A DNA stretch of 64,000 bases, taken from a candidate division WWE3 bacterium (GTDB lineage: Bacteria > Patescibacteriota > 4484-211 > GCA-002791395). The DNA lies in contig JAAXWF010000001.1 in assembly GCA_013335095.1 (NCBI GenBank), positions 150,797 through 214,796 of the forward strand, written 5' to 3'. Shown here piece after piece: positions 9,743 to 19,391 of the stretch. The position numbers and the translations under genes are program-made. Under the pieces are notes generated by a model, which worked only from the letters and a program-made list of their open reading frames with translations, was not told the DNA's origin and did no database searches. Position 1 is the first letter of the stretch. Every line of letters starts with the position of its first letter.

Positions 9743-11057
9743 GTTCTTTTAATAATTGGCGTATCCTCTGCTTACTCGATTCGACGCCAGGTTGATCAAA
9801 TGGATTGATATTAAAAAATCCAGCCAAATAGATCGTAACCAACTCGAAGAAGTAGATTAAACCACCAATGTGCACTTCGTCAATCACATCAATCATTATG
9901 CTTATATTCAATTGTCCGGTTTCCGTCAAGACCATGCGTGTTGCTTCCCTTTCTGCCGCCAAAATTTCGCTTAGTAACTTTCCGCCAATAAATGATAATG
10001 ATTGATCTTCTGTATGTTCGACCTCAAGATCATGCTCATATGACGTTACACCTAAAAAGGTAATAGTTTTATCTAATGGCCCTTCATTGTAAAGTTGAAG
10101 TTGAGAGTGTTGATCTGCTGGTCCGATAGAGACAACCGGGGTAAGCCCCACACGAACTTCCTGACCAGTAAGTGTATGTTTCTTGCCTAGACTTTCGGCC
10201 CACAATTGCCGCCACCACCAACCCAATTTCTCGAGTCCATACCCATATGTAAATAAAACATTAATTAACCGATATTGTTCGGTTGCAGCCATATAATGAA
10301 GCCATGCATATTCGAGCGCATCGTTTGAACTCCCCTGTTCGGTAATATGCGCATCCATTTTAGCCGCACCATCTAACAACTCCTGAATATCAATACCGGC
10401 AAATGCAGCAGGGAATAACCCTACTGGAGATAATACAGAGAATCGCCCACCAAGATCTTCCCGCATTCCAAACACAGGGATTTCATGTTCAACTGCGGTT
10501 TGAAACAGGTAATTATTAGTTGTTTCGGTAGTAAATATAAAATAATTTGGCCATGATGTTCCAACTGCCTTTTTATAACGGTCCCGTATGATTTCAAAAA
10601 TTGCAATCGTTTCCATTGTCGATCCAGATTTCGAAACGATATTAAATGCAGTATGCTCCAAATCAATATGTGCTAACAAATTCAAAATAGGTGTAGGGTC
10701 CGTTGTATCACCTAAAAAGTAAACTCGGGAAAAATGTTGATTCTTTTTATGATAGATCGATTTTTTAAGCACACTGTACAACATCTCAGCCCCAAGCAAT
10801 GATCCACCAATACCGACGACAACGAGCGTATCGCATCGTTCTTTTGTCGATTCTACGGTTTCTTTTATATCCTGAATTTGATGAGGAAGCATATACGGTA
10901 ACTGCATGAATGCGATTTGATTACGCTCACGCTGTTCATTAATACGACGATAAATTGATCGCCAATCAGCAATAGAAGTTTTACGAGTAGATTCCGAGAT
11001 ACCGATGGAGCCAATTGAATCTTGATAAAAGTTTGAGAAATCGATCTTTATTGCCAT
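9735..11057 (-). CDS. pgi: Glucose-6-phosphate isomerase
   Basis: PGI family motifs VVGIGGSLLGAEM, VSKSGSTMET and GGRFSVLSPVGLFPAA. Confidence 0.85.
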   Translation of the reverse strand: MAIKIDFSNFYQDSIGSIGISESTRKTSIADWRSIYRRINEQRERNQIAFMQLPYMLPHQIQDIKETVESTKERCDTLVVVGIGGSLLGAEMLYSVLKKSIYHKKNQHFSRVYFLGDTTDPTPILNLLAHIDLEHTAFNIVSKSGSTMETIAIFEIIRDRYKKAVGTSWPNYFIFTTETTNNYLFQTAVEHEIPVFGMREDLGGRFSVLSPVGLFPAAFAGIDIQELLDGAAKMDAHITEQGSSNDALEYAWLHYMAATEQYRLINVLFTYGYGLEKLGWWWRQLWAESLGKKHTLTGQEVRVGLTPVVSIGPADQHSQLQLYNEGPLDKTITFLGVTSYEHDLEVEHTEDQSLSFIGGKLLSEILAAEREATRMVLTETGQLNISIMIDVIDEVHIGGLIYFFELVTIYLAGFFNINPFDQPGVESSKQRIRQLLKEHD

Positions 11058-11137
11058 ATAATTTAAACTGCACGGATTGCACTGACTTTACTATACTACG
11101 TTGAACAATTCCTGAGAATAAAACGTATCAAATTCCA

Positions 11138-11740
11138 TTATGAGGCGATCTCATCTTCATCGCCGATAAGGACGACATGCGGCAGAGCTAATACAGTACG
11201 GATAAAGGCATCTCCACGGTTTTTACGAAAACTAAATTCATCCTCAGTCATTACGGTATAGTTAATCTCATGACCGAGCTTATCTTCATAGGTCCTCACC
11301 AGGCTCTGAAGTACATCAAGCTGAACTTTTCCAACAATTAAGATATCGATGTCATTAGGTCCTGGATGGACATGTTTAATAAACCGCAAAGAGATGGTTG
11401 TGTATTTTATCTTTCCATACTGATCAATATTTTCGAGTAATTCACGACCAAATCCTGTCGTTTTGCCGATCATTCGTAATAGTTCTGAATAAAAGATAAA
11501 TTCTCGTCTGACTTTATAATATAAACGATTACTGCGTTGTTCTGTTGTTAATAAACCAATCGACCGCAATCGTTCAAGCTCTCGACGTACTGCATTGACT
11601 TCTTCATTTACCATGCGCGTGATTTGTCGAACATAATACATTTGGTCGGGATACGGAATAAAGATCTCAAGCAATTTGAGGCGAACACGTGATGTAAATA
11701 GATAATGTAAGACTTTATGCGATTGTGTGACTAAACCCAT
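11138..11740 (-). CDS. Winged-helix regulator with a C-terminal nucleotidyltransferase-like fold (200 aa)
   Basis: N-terminal wHTH-like segment (LKLLEIF...VRQITRMVNEEVNAVRRELERLRSIGLL). C-terminal G.NDIDILIVG resembles the minimal NTase motif. Shares an ATGA overlap with the upstream gene. Confidence 0.4.
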   Translation of the reverse strand: MGLVTQSHKVLHYLFTSRVRLKLLEIFIPYPDQMYYVRQITRMVNEEVNAVRRELERLRSIGLLTTEQRSNRLYYKVRREFIFYSELLRMIGKTTGFGRELLENIDQYGKIKYTTISLRFIKHVHPGPNDIDILIVGKVQLDVLQSLVRTYEDKLGHEINYTVMTEDEFSFRKNRGDAFIRTVLALPHVVLIGDEDEIAS

Positions 11741-12978
11741 TAGTAAATAACCTCCGCGTTATCGGGCACAAGCAATACCCACGTTTGCCCTCGATTCATT
11801 TTAACAGTTTCCCCGCTTTGATTCTTCAAATTGAGTCCACTCTTTCTAGTTAGTTTTTCGTAAGTACCTTTTATCACATTTCCATCCTGCAATATTAAAC
11901 TTTTACCGGACCCAATAACTTTAAACGTAATTCGAGCACTTCCATCGTTTGCTGATGACATCGGAGCGTATAGTATCACGACATTCCGTGCGGTCAATTG
12001 TTGATTTGTTACTGCATCCTTATGTGGACCACTTACAAATGAACGCTTGTATACGTTTTGGCTGGCATCAAAATTCCAAATTGTACTAAAATCATTCGAT
12101 CCACTACCAGTCCAGTTAATCTGAACTTTTTGGACAGCAGCACTTTGATCAGCAGATACGGCTGAATCTTTAAATGGCCATAAATTAATAGAAACCGGTC
12201 CATGCCATCCATTTGATGCAGCAACAGACCACAAATCCTTGGTATTTGAATACGCATTATGGGGAGCGAGTCGATCAGTGACTCTCCAGAATTTCCCACC
12301 TGAAACACCAAGAGATTTTACTCCTTGTTTTTGGATCTCACCCAAAGCATCGGCTTCGGGGTTCGTACTTTGAGCCCCACCAATATGCATAATTAACGAG
12401 TCATCAAGAAAACCTATTAGGTCAAGAAAGTATTTACGAACAGAACGGACGGGTCCGACAACCTCAGGCTCATTTGTGAGATATACACCCGCAAACCGAG
12501 TAATCCCTCCTTCTGCGAGGGTTTCAAAGACAAGATCAGCTTTATCTAAACCAGATTGAGGTCGAGCGTCTGGATGATTCTCCACCATTACAACAAGAGG
12601 TAACTTTTGCATTAATTTTGAATATTCCGAACTAGTAAGTAATACACCGTTCAATGGTGAGTTCTGATTCTTTGGTTCTTCTGGATCTTTTACTTCGACT
12701 GATTTTATTTGATTACCTGACAAAGGAATCGTTGTAATTTGCGATTCTACATTTTCATTTTTGGATTCTTTTTGACTTAATACATATATAAATCCACCAC
12801 CGCCAATTAACACAACGAATAATGCCAAAACACCCAAAGAGAGGGCGATACGTTGGCCATTATCGAGTACGACATCTGGCGAAGCACTGCGCTTAAACAA
12901 ACTCTTAATACGTCCAATCAACCCAACCTTGTGGGTATTTATGATTTGTTTCTCATCAATAACGATATCGTCTTTCAT
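11740..12978 (-). CDS. DUF3048 (YerB-like) membrane-anchored protein
   Basis: N-terminal TM segment. ENHPDARPQSGLDKADLVFETLAEGGITRFAGVY resembles the DUF3048 core. Confidence 0.45.
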   Translation of the reverse strand: MKDDIVIDEKQIINTHKVGLIGRIKSLFKRSASPDVVLDNGQRIALSLGVLALFVVLIGGGGFIYVLSQKESKNENVESQITTIPLSGNQIKSVEVKDPEEPKNQNSPLNGVLLTSSEYSKLMQKLPLVVMVENHPDARPQSGLDKADLVFETLAEGGITRFAGVYLTNEPEVVGPVRSVRKYFLDLIGFLDDSLIMHIGGAQSTNPEADALGEIQKQGVKSLGVSGGKFWRVTDRLAPHNAYSNTKDLWSVAASNGWHGPVSINLWPFKDSAVSADQSAAVQKVQINWTGSGSNDFSTIWNFDASQNVYKRSFVSGPHKDAVTNQQLTARNVVILYAPMSSANDGSARITFKVIGSGKSLILQDGNVIKGTYEKLTRKSGLNLKNQSGETVKMNRGQTWVLLVPDNAEVIY

Positions 12979-13000
12979 AGTGAATTAAAGTAACTTAAGT

Positions 13001-13507
13001 TTATTTATACCCCAACGAGAGGGCCTTGCGAATGGCCTCTTTTTCTTCATCAGAGAGCTCGTAATCAGAGGATTCACCTGCGACTATTGGTTTTGCATAC
13101 ATTCTCGTTTGCTGACGTCCATGCATACTTGAAATAACAACCCCATTATTCCGTTCATCTAGTAGCGCCAACACAAAACTTTGATCCCCTCCCGTATCAT
13201 TATAAGGATTGAACCGAATAATCGACATTTTGGCAAAGTGATTCATTCCATTTTTTTGCACATCAGTAACTATTTTCTCAAAATCTATAATTTTAACCTT
13301 AACCCCTTCGACTCTATTAATATGGTCATTAAGAATCTCCCTTAAATTTTCCTTTCCTGTTTCACCAAATAATGAAGTTGAATAACGGTGCGACTTATAA
13401 ACAAAAAAAGTCAGAACCCCAAGCCAAATAAAACCAATCACAAATAATATGATAAAAAGGATCCCGATATTTGAAGCAAAAAAAGCACCCAACGTAATAC
13501 CATCCAT
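13001..13507 (-). CDS. DUF4446-like small membrane-anchored protein (168 aa)
   Basis: N-terminal TM helix. GGDQSFVLALLDERNNGVVISSMHGRQQTRMYAKPI resembles the DUF4446 core. Size fits the family. Confidence 0.45.
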   Translation of the reverse strand: MDGITLGAFFASNIGILFIILFVIGFIWLGVLTFFVYKSHRYSTSLFGETGKENLREILNDHINRVEGVKVKIIDFEKIVTDVQKNGMNHFAKMSIIRFNPYNDTGGDQSFVLALLDERNNGVVISSMHGRQQTRMYAKPIVAGESSDYELSDEEKEAIRKALSLGYK

Positions 13508-13643
13508 AATTAAGTATGTACTTTATACTCTAATCAAGCTCGTTCTTCAATCAAAGACTAATTCGCCATACAACAGCATCAATCTCACTCGCCTCCCAAA
13601 TGGCTATAAATCAACACAAATCACAATTGACGTTATGCCCAGA

Positions 13644-13675
13644 TCGGTGTATACACGTATACATGAATACACGTA
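13644..13675. promoter_or_regulatory. Candidate LexA operator: GTATACACGTATAC followed by a second ATACACGTA copy spanning the lexA start codon
   Basis: 9-bp direct repeat ATACACGTA at 13651-13659 and 13667-13675. The first copy is embedded in GTATAC-AC-GTATAC (two self-complementary hexamers). It sits in the divergent lexA / DUF4446 intergenic region. Confidence 0.3.
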
Positions 13676-14409
13676 GACAACAGGAGCAGAACTTAACAAA
13701 TCGACAGCTCATAACCCTTGATTTAATAATCAGCGAAATTGAAACAAACGGATTTCCACCGACGGTACGCGAGATACGAGATCGTCTTGGTGTTAATTCA
13801 ATCCGCGGCGCATCTATTCACCTCGATGCGCTTGAGCGCAAAGGATTTATACAAAGATCGAGTAAAGCCCGTGGTATTAAAGTGCTTCGTCGACCAGAAA
13901 CAAATAATGCCCACCTTCAAGAAATACGCATACCGTTAATCGGCCAAGTTCAGGCAGGTCATCCCATTTGGGCCGAAGAGCATTTTGAAAAATATATAAA
14001 CGTTAAAAAATCATACCTCAAGGGATATCAAAAAGCATTTGCTGTCCGAGTTGAGGGGGAAAGCATGATCGAGGCCGGGATTGAGCCGGGAGACATAGCA
14101 CTCATACATCCTACAGAATCGGCGAGCAATGGCGACATCGTAGTTGCGTTAATCGAAGATTCTGTGACATTGAAAAGGTTTCATAAAGTAGACGACTTCA
14201 TTGCCCTACTTCCAGCAAACCCCAATTTCAAACCGATTATTGGTACAGAGTTTAATATACAAGGCAAACTCATTGGATTAATCAAAACTACTGATAATGC
14301 ACTTGGTTCTCTTGAGGATGAGGCGAGCTTAATACCCATAACTCCTCTTTCTGCCTCTGATCGACCCCAGACAATGTTAAAATGGGTGTATGGCACTACA
14401 ACTCATTGA
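13663..14409 (+). CDS. lexA: LexA repressor (S24 peptidase family)
   Basis: N-terminal HTH (LTNRQLITLDLIISEIETNGFPPTVREIRDRLGVNSIRGASIHLDALERKGFIQR). Cleavage-site and catalytic region IPLIGQVQAGHP...VEGESMIEAGIEPGDIAL...KRF. Start is placed at the internal ATG (13663); the track ORF starts at 13600. Confidence 0.85.
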   Translation: MNTRRQQEQNLTNRQLITLDLIISEIETNGFPPTVREIRDRLGVNSIRGASIHLDALERKGFIQRSSKARGIKVLRRPETNNAHLQEIRIPLIGQVQAGHPIWAEEHFEKYINVKKSYLKGYQKAFAVRVEGESMIEAGIEPGDIALIHPTESASNGDIVVALIEDSVTLKRFHKVDDFIALLPANPNFKPIIGTEFNIQGKLIGLIKTTDNALGSLEDEASLIPITPLSASDRPQTMLKWVYGTTTH

Positions 14410-15247
14410 CGGAAAAGAACTATCAAAAACAGTCCTGCAACAAACTCAAAGATTATTACAACAGTCTTCTCGAAAACCTGGACTCGTCAGCGTGGTGATT
14501 GGAAATGATAAACTTTCGCATTTCTTTTCTGACCTAAAAGGCAAAACAGCTCAGAAAGCAGGACTGACATTTCAAAAAGTATCCTACCCCGATAATTTTG
14601 ACCCAGAACGGATATTAACACACATACAACAATTAAATAGCCAACATACAATTCACGGCATTGTAGTGCAATTACCACTTCCTTCTTCTTATAAAAGACA
14701 CGTTATTCTGAAATCAGTACACCCCTATAAAGATGTGGATTGCTTACACCCCAAAAATATGGGGTTAATGCTCGAAGGAAATCCCGTATTTTTACCACCA
14801 GTTGTGTTAGCAGTAATAGATGCAATAAATGCTACAAAAAAATATCCGATTAAATCAATTGAATACCTAAATCAAGAGTATACGGTCCCTGATTTATCAG
14901 GAGTACCTGTTACATTGATTGGTGGAGGAATATTAGTAGGACAACCCCTCGCTACGTATTTACCATTTTTGGGGGCAACAGTAACGCTTGTTAACGAATA
15001 CTCAACAAACACTGACTTCTACCTACGCAATGCACAAATTATTGTAACGGGAACAAACGCTTCAGATGTATTAGAACCGACCGCAGTATCCCCTGGCACA
15101 GTAATACTTCCAGTTGCCGATGATGTAATAATAGAAAAATTTAGTACATATGATGTATTTATGACTCCAAATCCCGGAGGAATCGGTCCACTAACAATCG
15201 CCCACTTGATACGAAATACTGCACTATCCTGCGAAGTACTACATTAA
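14390..15247 (+). CDS. folD: Bifunctional methylenetetrahydrofolate dehydrogenase / cyclohydrolase FolD
   Basis: IDGK, GIVVQLPLP, KDVDC(G) and PGGIGPLTIAHL motifs. Overlaps the lexA 3' end by 20 nt. Confidence 0.9.
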   Translation: MALQLIDGKELSKTVLQQTQRLLQQSSRKPGLVSVVIGNDKLSHFFSDLKGKTAQKAGLTFQKVSYPDNFDPERILTHIQQLNSQHTIHGIVVQLPLPSSYKRHVILKSVHPYKDVDCLHPKNMGLMLEGNPVFLPPVVLAVIDAINATKKYPIKSIEYLNQEYTVPDLSGVPVTLIGGGILVGQPLATYLPFLGATVTLVNEYSTNTDFYLRNAQIIVTGTNASDVLEPTAVSPGTVILPVADDVIIEKFSTYDVFMTPNPGGIGPLTIAHLIRNTALSCEVLH

Positions 15248-17144
15248 ATTTCCACAAAATAAAGATAATCACCCCACTAATCATAAGTAAGAGACCATCG
15301 ATAATAACCCAAGAACCTGTTTTGGGTAGTAGCGAAGTGATACGATCACGATCAGTAGCGAGTCCTTTTACTTGTCCTGAGACTTTTATGTCATCACTAG
15401 ACCTCGGTAAAATTCTCACTTCATCTTTATATTTTGATAGTATACCGAGCACCGCAAGCGAATCATTCTTTTTAATCATAGGGCGTTTGAAACCAGTAGA
15501 ATCCTTAATATAAATCTTTACTTCGTTACCTTTCCCAGATTTTAACCAAAAGGTATTACCACTGAGTTTAGTAACAGTGCCTGTAGTACTAATAAGTCGA
15601 CCAATATTTTTCTCATCAGCATATTCTTGTATGTTAATAGGAAGCAACGAAATCTGTTCAGTTGAATACTCAGGATCCTCAGAAGCATAAAGATAATGTT
15701 CGCCTAAACTCATTCTGATCTCACCTTGAACACGAATAACTTCATTCAATGAAAATGACTGGTCTTTATTTTTAAACAGTATCTTTATCCCCCCTGATGA
15801 ATCCTCAATATATGCGATACCTTGACCAAATACACCCGTAGGGGAAGTGATTATGCCTTCAACGCTTGCGACATCTCCAAGAGTTAAATTCTTTACCTTT
15901 TCAATTGTTTGAACACCCAGCTCATCCTCTATGTAATATTCATCCGTCTCAATAGCCTCGTCAGATTCGATTTCGTCCTCCACAGACCGAGTGGCCGCAA
16001 CGTGAATAACGTCGGAGGTATACGTTGATGTGGAGTTTACCAACTTTATCTTTATTCTAATTGAGTAGTCTCCAGGCAGATTCTCCGGCTTAATCCGTGC
16101 TGTAATTGAAAAAGGTAAATCGCCCATGTCGTTGGTAAGCATTGGTAAGTTAGCCCAGGCACCATTCCATGAGACATACTCTCCTGACTCACTTTTAGTT
16201 TGCCCCTCGTACCAGTGAACAAGGTCAGATGTTGCCTCTGCTTTAATCTGGACCTGTATACCTTTTGATAAATTTTCAATAATACCGCGAATATGGAAAT
16301 CCTTCCCGATTTCAATACTTGAAACGGGATCCGAAATCTTGATTTGAGCTAATGACACCGTTGGGGTAATAGTCGGCGCGGGCGTAACAGTAATAACACT
16401 AGGTAAAGGCTCTACAGTTGGCTTGTTGATGATTGACGGCTCAATAGTGATCGTTGGAACAATAGGTTCAGTCGGAGAAATAACTATTGTTGGTTCAATT
16501 AATGGTTGATCAAAAAACAAATGATTTTGTAGACCTGGCGTAAATGGTTGGGCAATTATCCAATCAGCCACAGAATGTTCACTAGTTGAAACACGTTCAA
16601 GGCTTTGTCCGAGCTTAATAGTATCGGAATCTTGCCACCCACATTCTACGCAACCGACTTGAGACCAAATACCAAAGGTATTTAATTGGATTAATACATC
16701 TTTGCTTGATGAAAAAGTACCATCAGCATTCGACCACACGACCGCGTCGACAACAACTCCATTATCTTCTAGTCGGATTACATTATCTGTTCCTACTAAA
16801 CCAGTATCGGTAGAATAAACATCCCAATAATTATTTCCCCCTTTTCCTGTGGCATTACTTTCATCGATACCGCCGCTATCATTTAAATGAACTACAATAA
16901 TATCACCTGGCACTACTGTTAAATTAGAAAATACTTTGATTACAGATTGGACTCCTTCAATCACTTGAACACCAATGAGATCTCGATTAGCGGTTGCTAT
17001 TAATTCTATCCAGTCGTTATCTTCCTTCATTGCGACTTCAGAAATTAATACCGCGCTTGGTATGGTTGCGGCAAATACCAATGATCTAAGGCAAAATATA
17101 ATTATTATGCCCGCCAATAAGATATAACCTTGCATATTTTTCAT
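15159..17144 (-). CDS. Cell-surface protein: signal peptide, lamin-tail domain (LTD), Pro/Thr-rich linker, OB-fold-like repeats, C-terminal LPKTG sorting signal
   Basis: LTD-like ISEVAMKEDNDWIELI...VVPGDIIVVH. PT-rich linker PTEPIVPTITIEPSIINKPTVEPLPSVITVTPAPTITPTV. C-terminus LPKTG followed by a 21-aa hydrophobic stretch and a basic tail. Start is placed at the Met preceding the signal peptide (the track starts at 17174). Confidence 0.55.
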   Translation of the reverse strand: MKNMQGYILLAGIIIIFCLRSLVFAATIPSAVLISEVAMKEDNDWIELIATANRDLIGVQVIEGVQSVIKVFSNLTVVPGDIIVVHLNDSGGIDESNATGKGGNNYWDVYSTDTGLVGTDNVIRLEDNGVVVDAVVWSNADGTFSSSKDVLIQLNTFGIWSQVGCVECGWQDSDTIKLGQSLERVSTSEHSVADWIIAQPFTPGLQNHLFFDQPLIEPTIVISPTEPIVPTITIEPSIINKPTVEPLPSVITVTPAPTITPTVSLAQIKISDPVSSIEIGKDFHIRGIIENLSKGIQVQIKAEATSDLVHWYEGQTKSESGEYVSWNGAWANLPMLTNDMGDLPFSITARIKPENLPGDYSIRIKIKLVNSTSTYTSDVIHVAATRSVEDEIESDEAIETDEYYIEDELGVQTIEKVKNLTLGDVASVEGIITSPTGVFGQGIAYIEDSSGGIKILFKNKDQSFSLNEVIRVQGEIRMSLGEHYLYASEDPEYSTEQISLLPINIQEYADEKNIGRLISTTGTVTKLSGNTFWLKSGKGNEVKIYIKDSTGFKRPMIKKNDSLAVLGILSKYKDEVRILPRSSDDIKVSGQVKGLATDRDRITSLLPKTGSWVIIDGLLLMISGVIIFILWKFNVVLRRIVQYFVSSGRLLVDRFLRDLES

Positions 17145-17279
17145 ATATAACTCAATATTTAAGGATGATAACAAAATATTTTAAAATTGCAAGTTTTTTT
17201 AAAGTAACTAAGAGAAAGTAACCAACTTATTTCTAAATACAATATGCATTACCACCAACCCCTAGCCTTGAAGTTTCAT

Positions 17280-18503
17280 CTACTTTACATGCCAGTAAAT
17301 CGTTTTAGTACCATCCGGGTGGTCAATACGAATACCTTTACCTACGGTTCCGGTTAAAGAACACGGCTGACTATCACTTACCGCATATGCTACACCCTCA
17401 GCTGCGGCTAAAATTGGAGCACCGTCGCCAATAGTACTATCAACCATATCGACCCCATTATGACCAGGTATGCCAAAGTTAGCCTGATACCACGCTCGTG
17501 TAGAAGGATCATTGAAACCTTGTGTTATTGTCGGATCATTTAGGGGCCAACCGAATGCACCACTACTCAATTTGCCCATAGGGTCTACGGCTACATTATT
17601 TATGTAATATCCAAAATGTAGGTGAGGACCGGTGGAACAGCCAGTATTACCAACCCGGGCAATGATGTCCCCTTTTTTAACGTTTCCAAGTTTTGTCCCT
17701 AAATTAGTTAAGGCAGCTCGGATTGCCCGAATCTCTTCTTCAACCTGAGCTAATAATCTTTGATACTGATTTTCTTCATTCTTTGTTACCGTAAGCAACC
17801 AATTCTTTGTAGATTGCTGATTCCGTAAACTTTGTTCTTGGCTCTGTAATAATACATGGTGGTCTTGCAATTGAGCCTTCAATGTTTCTTTCTCTGTTTT
17901 GAGTGTTTCTAACTGCTGCTTTTGGACCTCAAAGTTAGATTTATTATCATGCATTTGACTGAGAAGACGATTATCCTCTTCTTGTAATGCCCGCAAGTAT
18001 GCACTTTCTAGGATCATTTCCCGTACATTTCCAGGCTTAAGGATAAAACCGGTACCTGCGGTTTCAAACTGATAACGGGCTCGAATTCTCGCCGAAAGGG
18101 TGGTGTTCAAATCATTTATCGACTCGGTAACATTTTCCAATTTTTCTGTAAGTTTGATGATATCGTTATTAACCCCGTCCAATTGGCCTTCTGTGGTTAT
18201 TATTTGATTTCTAGTATCTTCCTGCTCCAACTGGGTTAAGCGAATCTGATTATCTAAATACGTAACTTGGTTAGCTAGAGTTTTTTCCTGTTTCTGAGCA
18301 TCAACAATCTTCCGCTGTAACTCAGTTTTCTTTGTTTCTCGATCTTTTAACTCGTCGTATTTTTGTTGAGACGTATTTTGCCCAATAGGCAATAGAGTAT
18401 TTTCTCCGTCAATCCCCAAATGAGCCTCTACCGTCAAAGGCATTGTGGATAAAAAAAGAGAAGATATGATAAATACAGCACAACTAAGTATTCTTTTTTT
18501 CAT
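17280..18503 (-). CDS. EnvC/PcsB-like coiled-coil M23 metallopeptidase (FtsEX partner)
   Basis: Signal peptide, about 220 aa of coiled coil, then M23 motifs GNTGCSTGPHLHF and HNGVDM...IDHPDGTKTIYWHV. It is immediately downstream of ftsE-ftsX. Confidence 0.75.
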   Translation of the reverse strand: MKKRILSCAVFIISSLFLSTMPLTVEAHLGIDGENTLLPIGQNTSQQKYDELKDRETKKTELQRKIVDAQKQEKTLANQVTYLDNQIRLTQLEQEDTRNQIITTEGQLDGVNNDIIKLTEKLENVTESINDLNTTLSARIRARYQFETAGTGFILKPGNVREMILESAYLRALQEEDNRLLSQMHDNKSNFEVQKQQLETLKTEKETLKAQLQDHHVLLQSQEQSLRNQQSTKNWLLTVTKNEENQYQRLLAQVEEEIRAIRAALTNLGTKLGNVKKGDIIARVGNTGCSTGPHLHFGYYINNVAVDPMGKLSSGAFGWPLNDPTITQGFNDPSTRAWYQANFGIPGHNGVDMVDSTIGDGAPILAAAEGVAYAVSDSQPCSLTGTVGKGIRIDHPDGTKTIYWHVK

Positions 18504-18505
18504 AG

Positions 18506-19387
18506 CTATACCTTTAAATGCTGCCTCGTTGCTAAATAACTAACCACGGCGGTAAATAGTACGCCGATGCCAGTTGTATAACCCCAAACAAGATGGATAA
18601 GATTCTCGTGTGGTGGGAACAGTTCAACGGTGGCAATAAAGTGATCCGTAAATGATTGAACATACGGTAACACCCATACCATAATAGCACTTGCATATGT
18701 GGCACTGAATAGAGCGAATAAAACCCCATCAAAGATGAACGGCCAGCGAATATACCAGGAACCAGCCCCAACGAGACGCATAATTTCAATTTCACGACTA
18801 AATGTATTTATATTGTTGGTTACGACAATCAAGATGATTCCAATTGAAATTAATAATAGAACACCTAATAAGACCCCACCACCAAATCGAACCGCATCCG
18901 TCCAACTTGTTAATTCATCGACTAAATCTTGCTGGAATATAACTCTCTCGACAAATTCATTATTCTGAAACTGCTTAGCAATATTGGATAAATATTCGAC
19001 TTGTCGAGCCGAGATATCAAGAGAGGCTGGCAGAATATCCGGCGTTACAAACTCTAATAACTCGGGTTCGTTCTTATGTTGTGCCTTATAAATTTCATAT
19101 GCCTGTTCTTTTGTTATATAAGAAACAGATTCGATAAGAGAATCTTTCTCAAGTTCACGCTTAATCTGTTCAATTTGATCAGATGTAGTCTCATCTTTAA
19201 AGAAAACGGTAACCTGAGGTTGATTCTCTAAATAGGTCAAAATACGATCACTCGCAATTGATACAATCGCAAAGAGCTGCCCCATCAGCATAAGAACAGT
19301 CAAAATCATAATGATCAAAAAAGATTGCCAGACATTCCTTGTGATGTGTTGAAAGGTATATTTTATTACTCTTATTATTTGGTTCAT
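18506..19387 (-). CDS. ftsX: Cell division permease FtsX
   Basis: Four-TM topology with a large extracytoplasmic loop between TM1 and TM2, adjacent to ftsE. Confidence 0.85.
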   Translation of the reverse strand: MNQIIRVIKYTFQHITRNVWQSFLIIMILTVLMLMGQLFAIVSIASDRILTYLENQPQVTVFFKDETTSDQIEQIKRELEKDSLIESVSYITKEQAYEIYKAQHKNEPELLEFVTPDILPASLDISARQVEYLSNIAKQFQNNEFVERVIFQQDLVDELTSWTDAVRFGGGVLLGVLLLISIGIILIVVTNNINTFSREIEIMRLVGAGSWYIRWPFIFDGVLFALFSATYASAIMVWVLPYVQSFTDHFIATVELFPPHENLIHLVWGYTTGIGVLFTAVVSYLATRQHLKV

Positions 19388-19391
19388 ATTT

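Noticed and set aside
13508-13662. Canonical Gram-positive (CGAAC-N4-GTTCG) or E. coli (CTGT-N8-ACAG) LexA boxes upstream of lexA and recA.
   Set aside because: Neither consensus is present. Only the ATACACGTA / GTATAC repeat was found, and it is reported as a low-confidence candidate.
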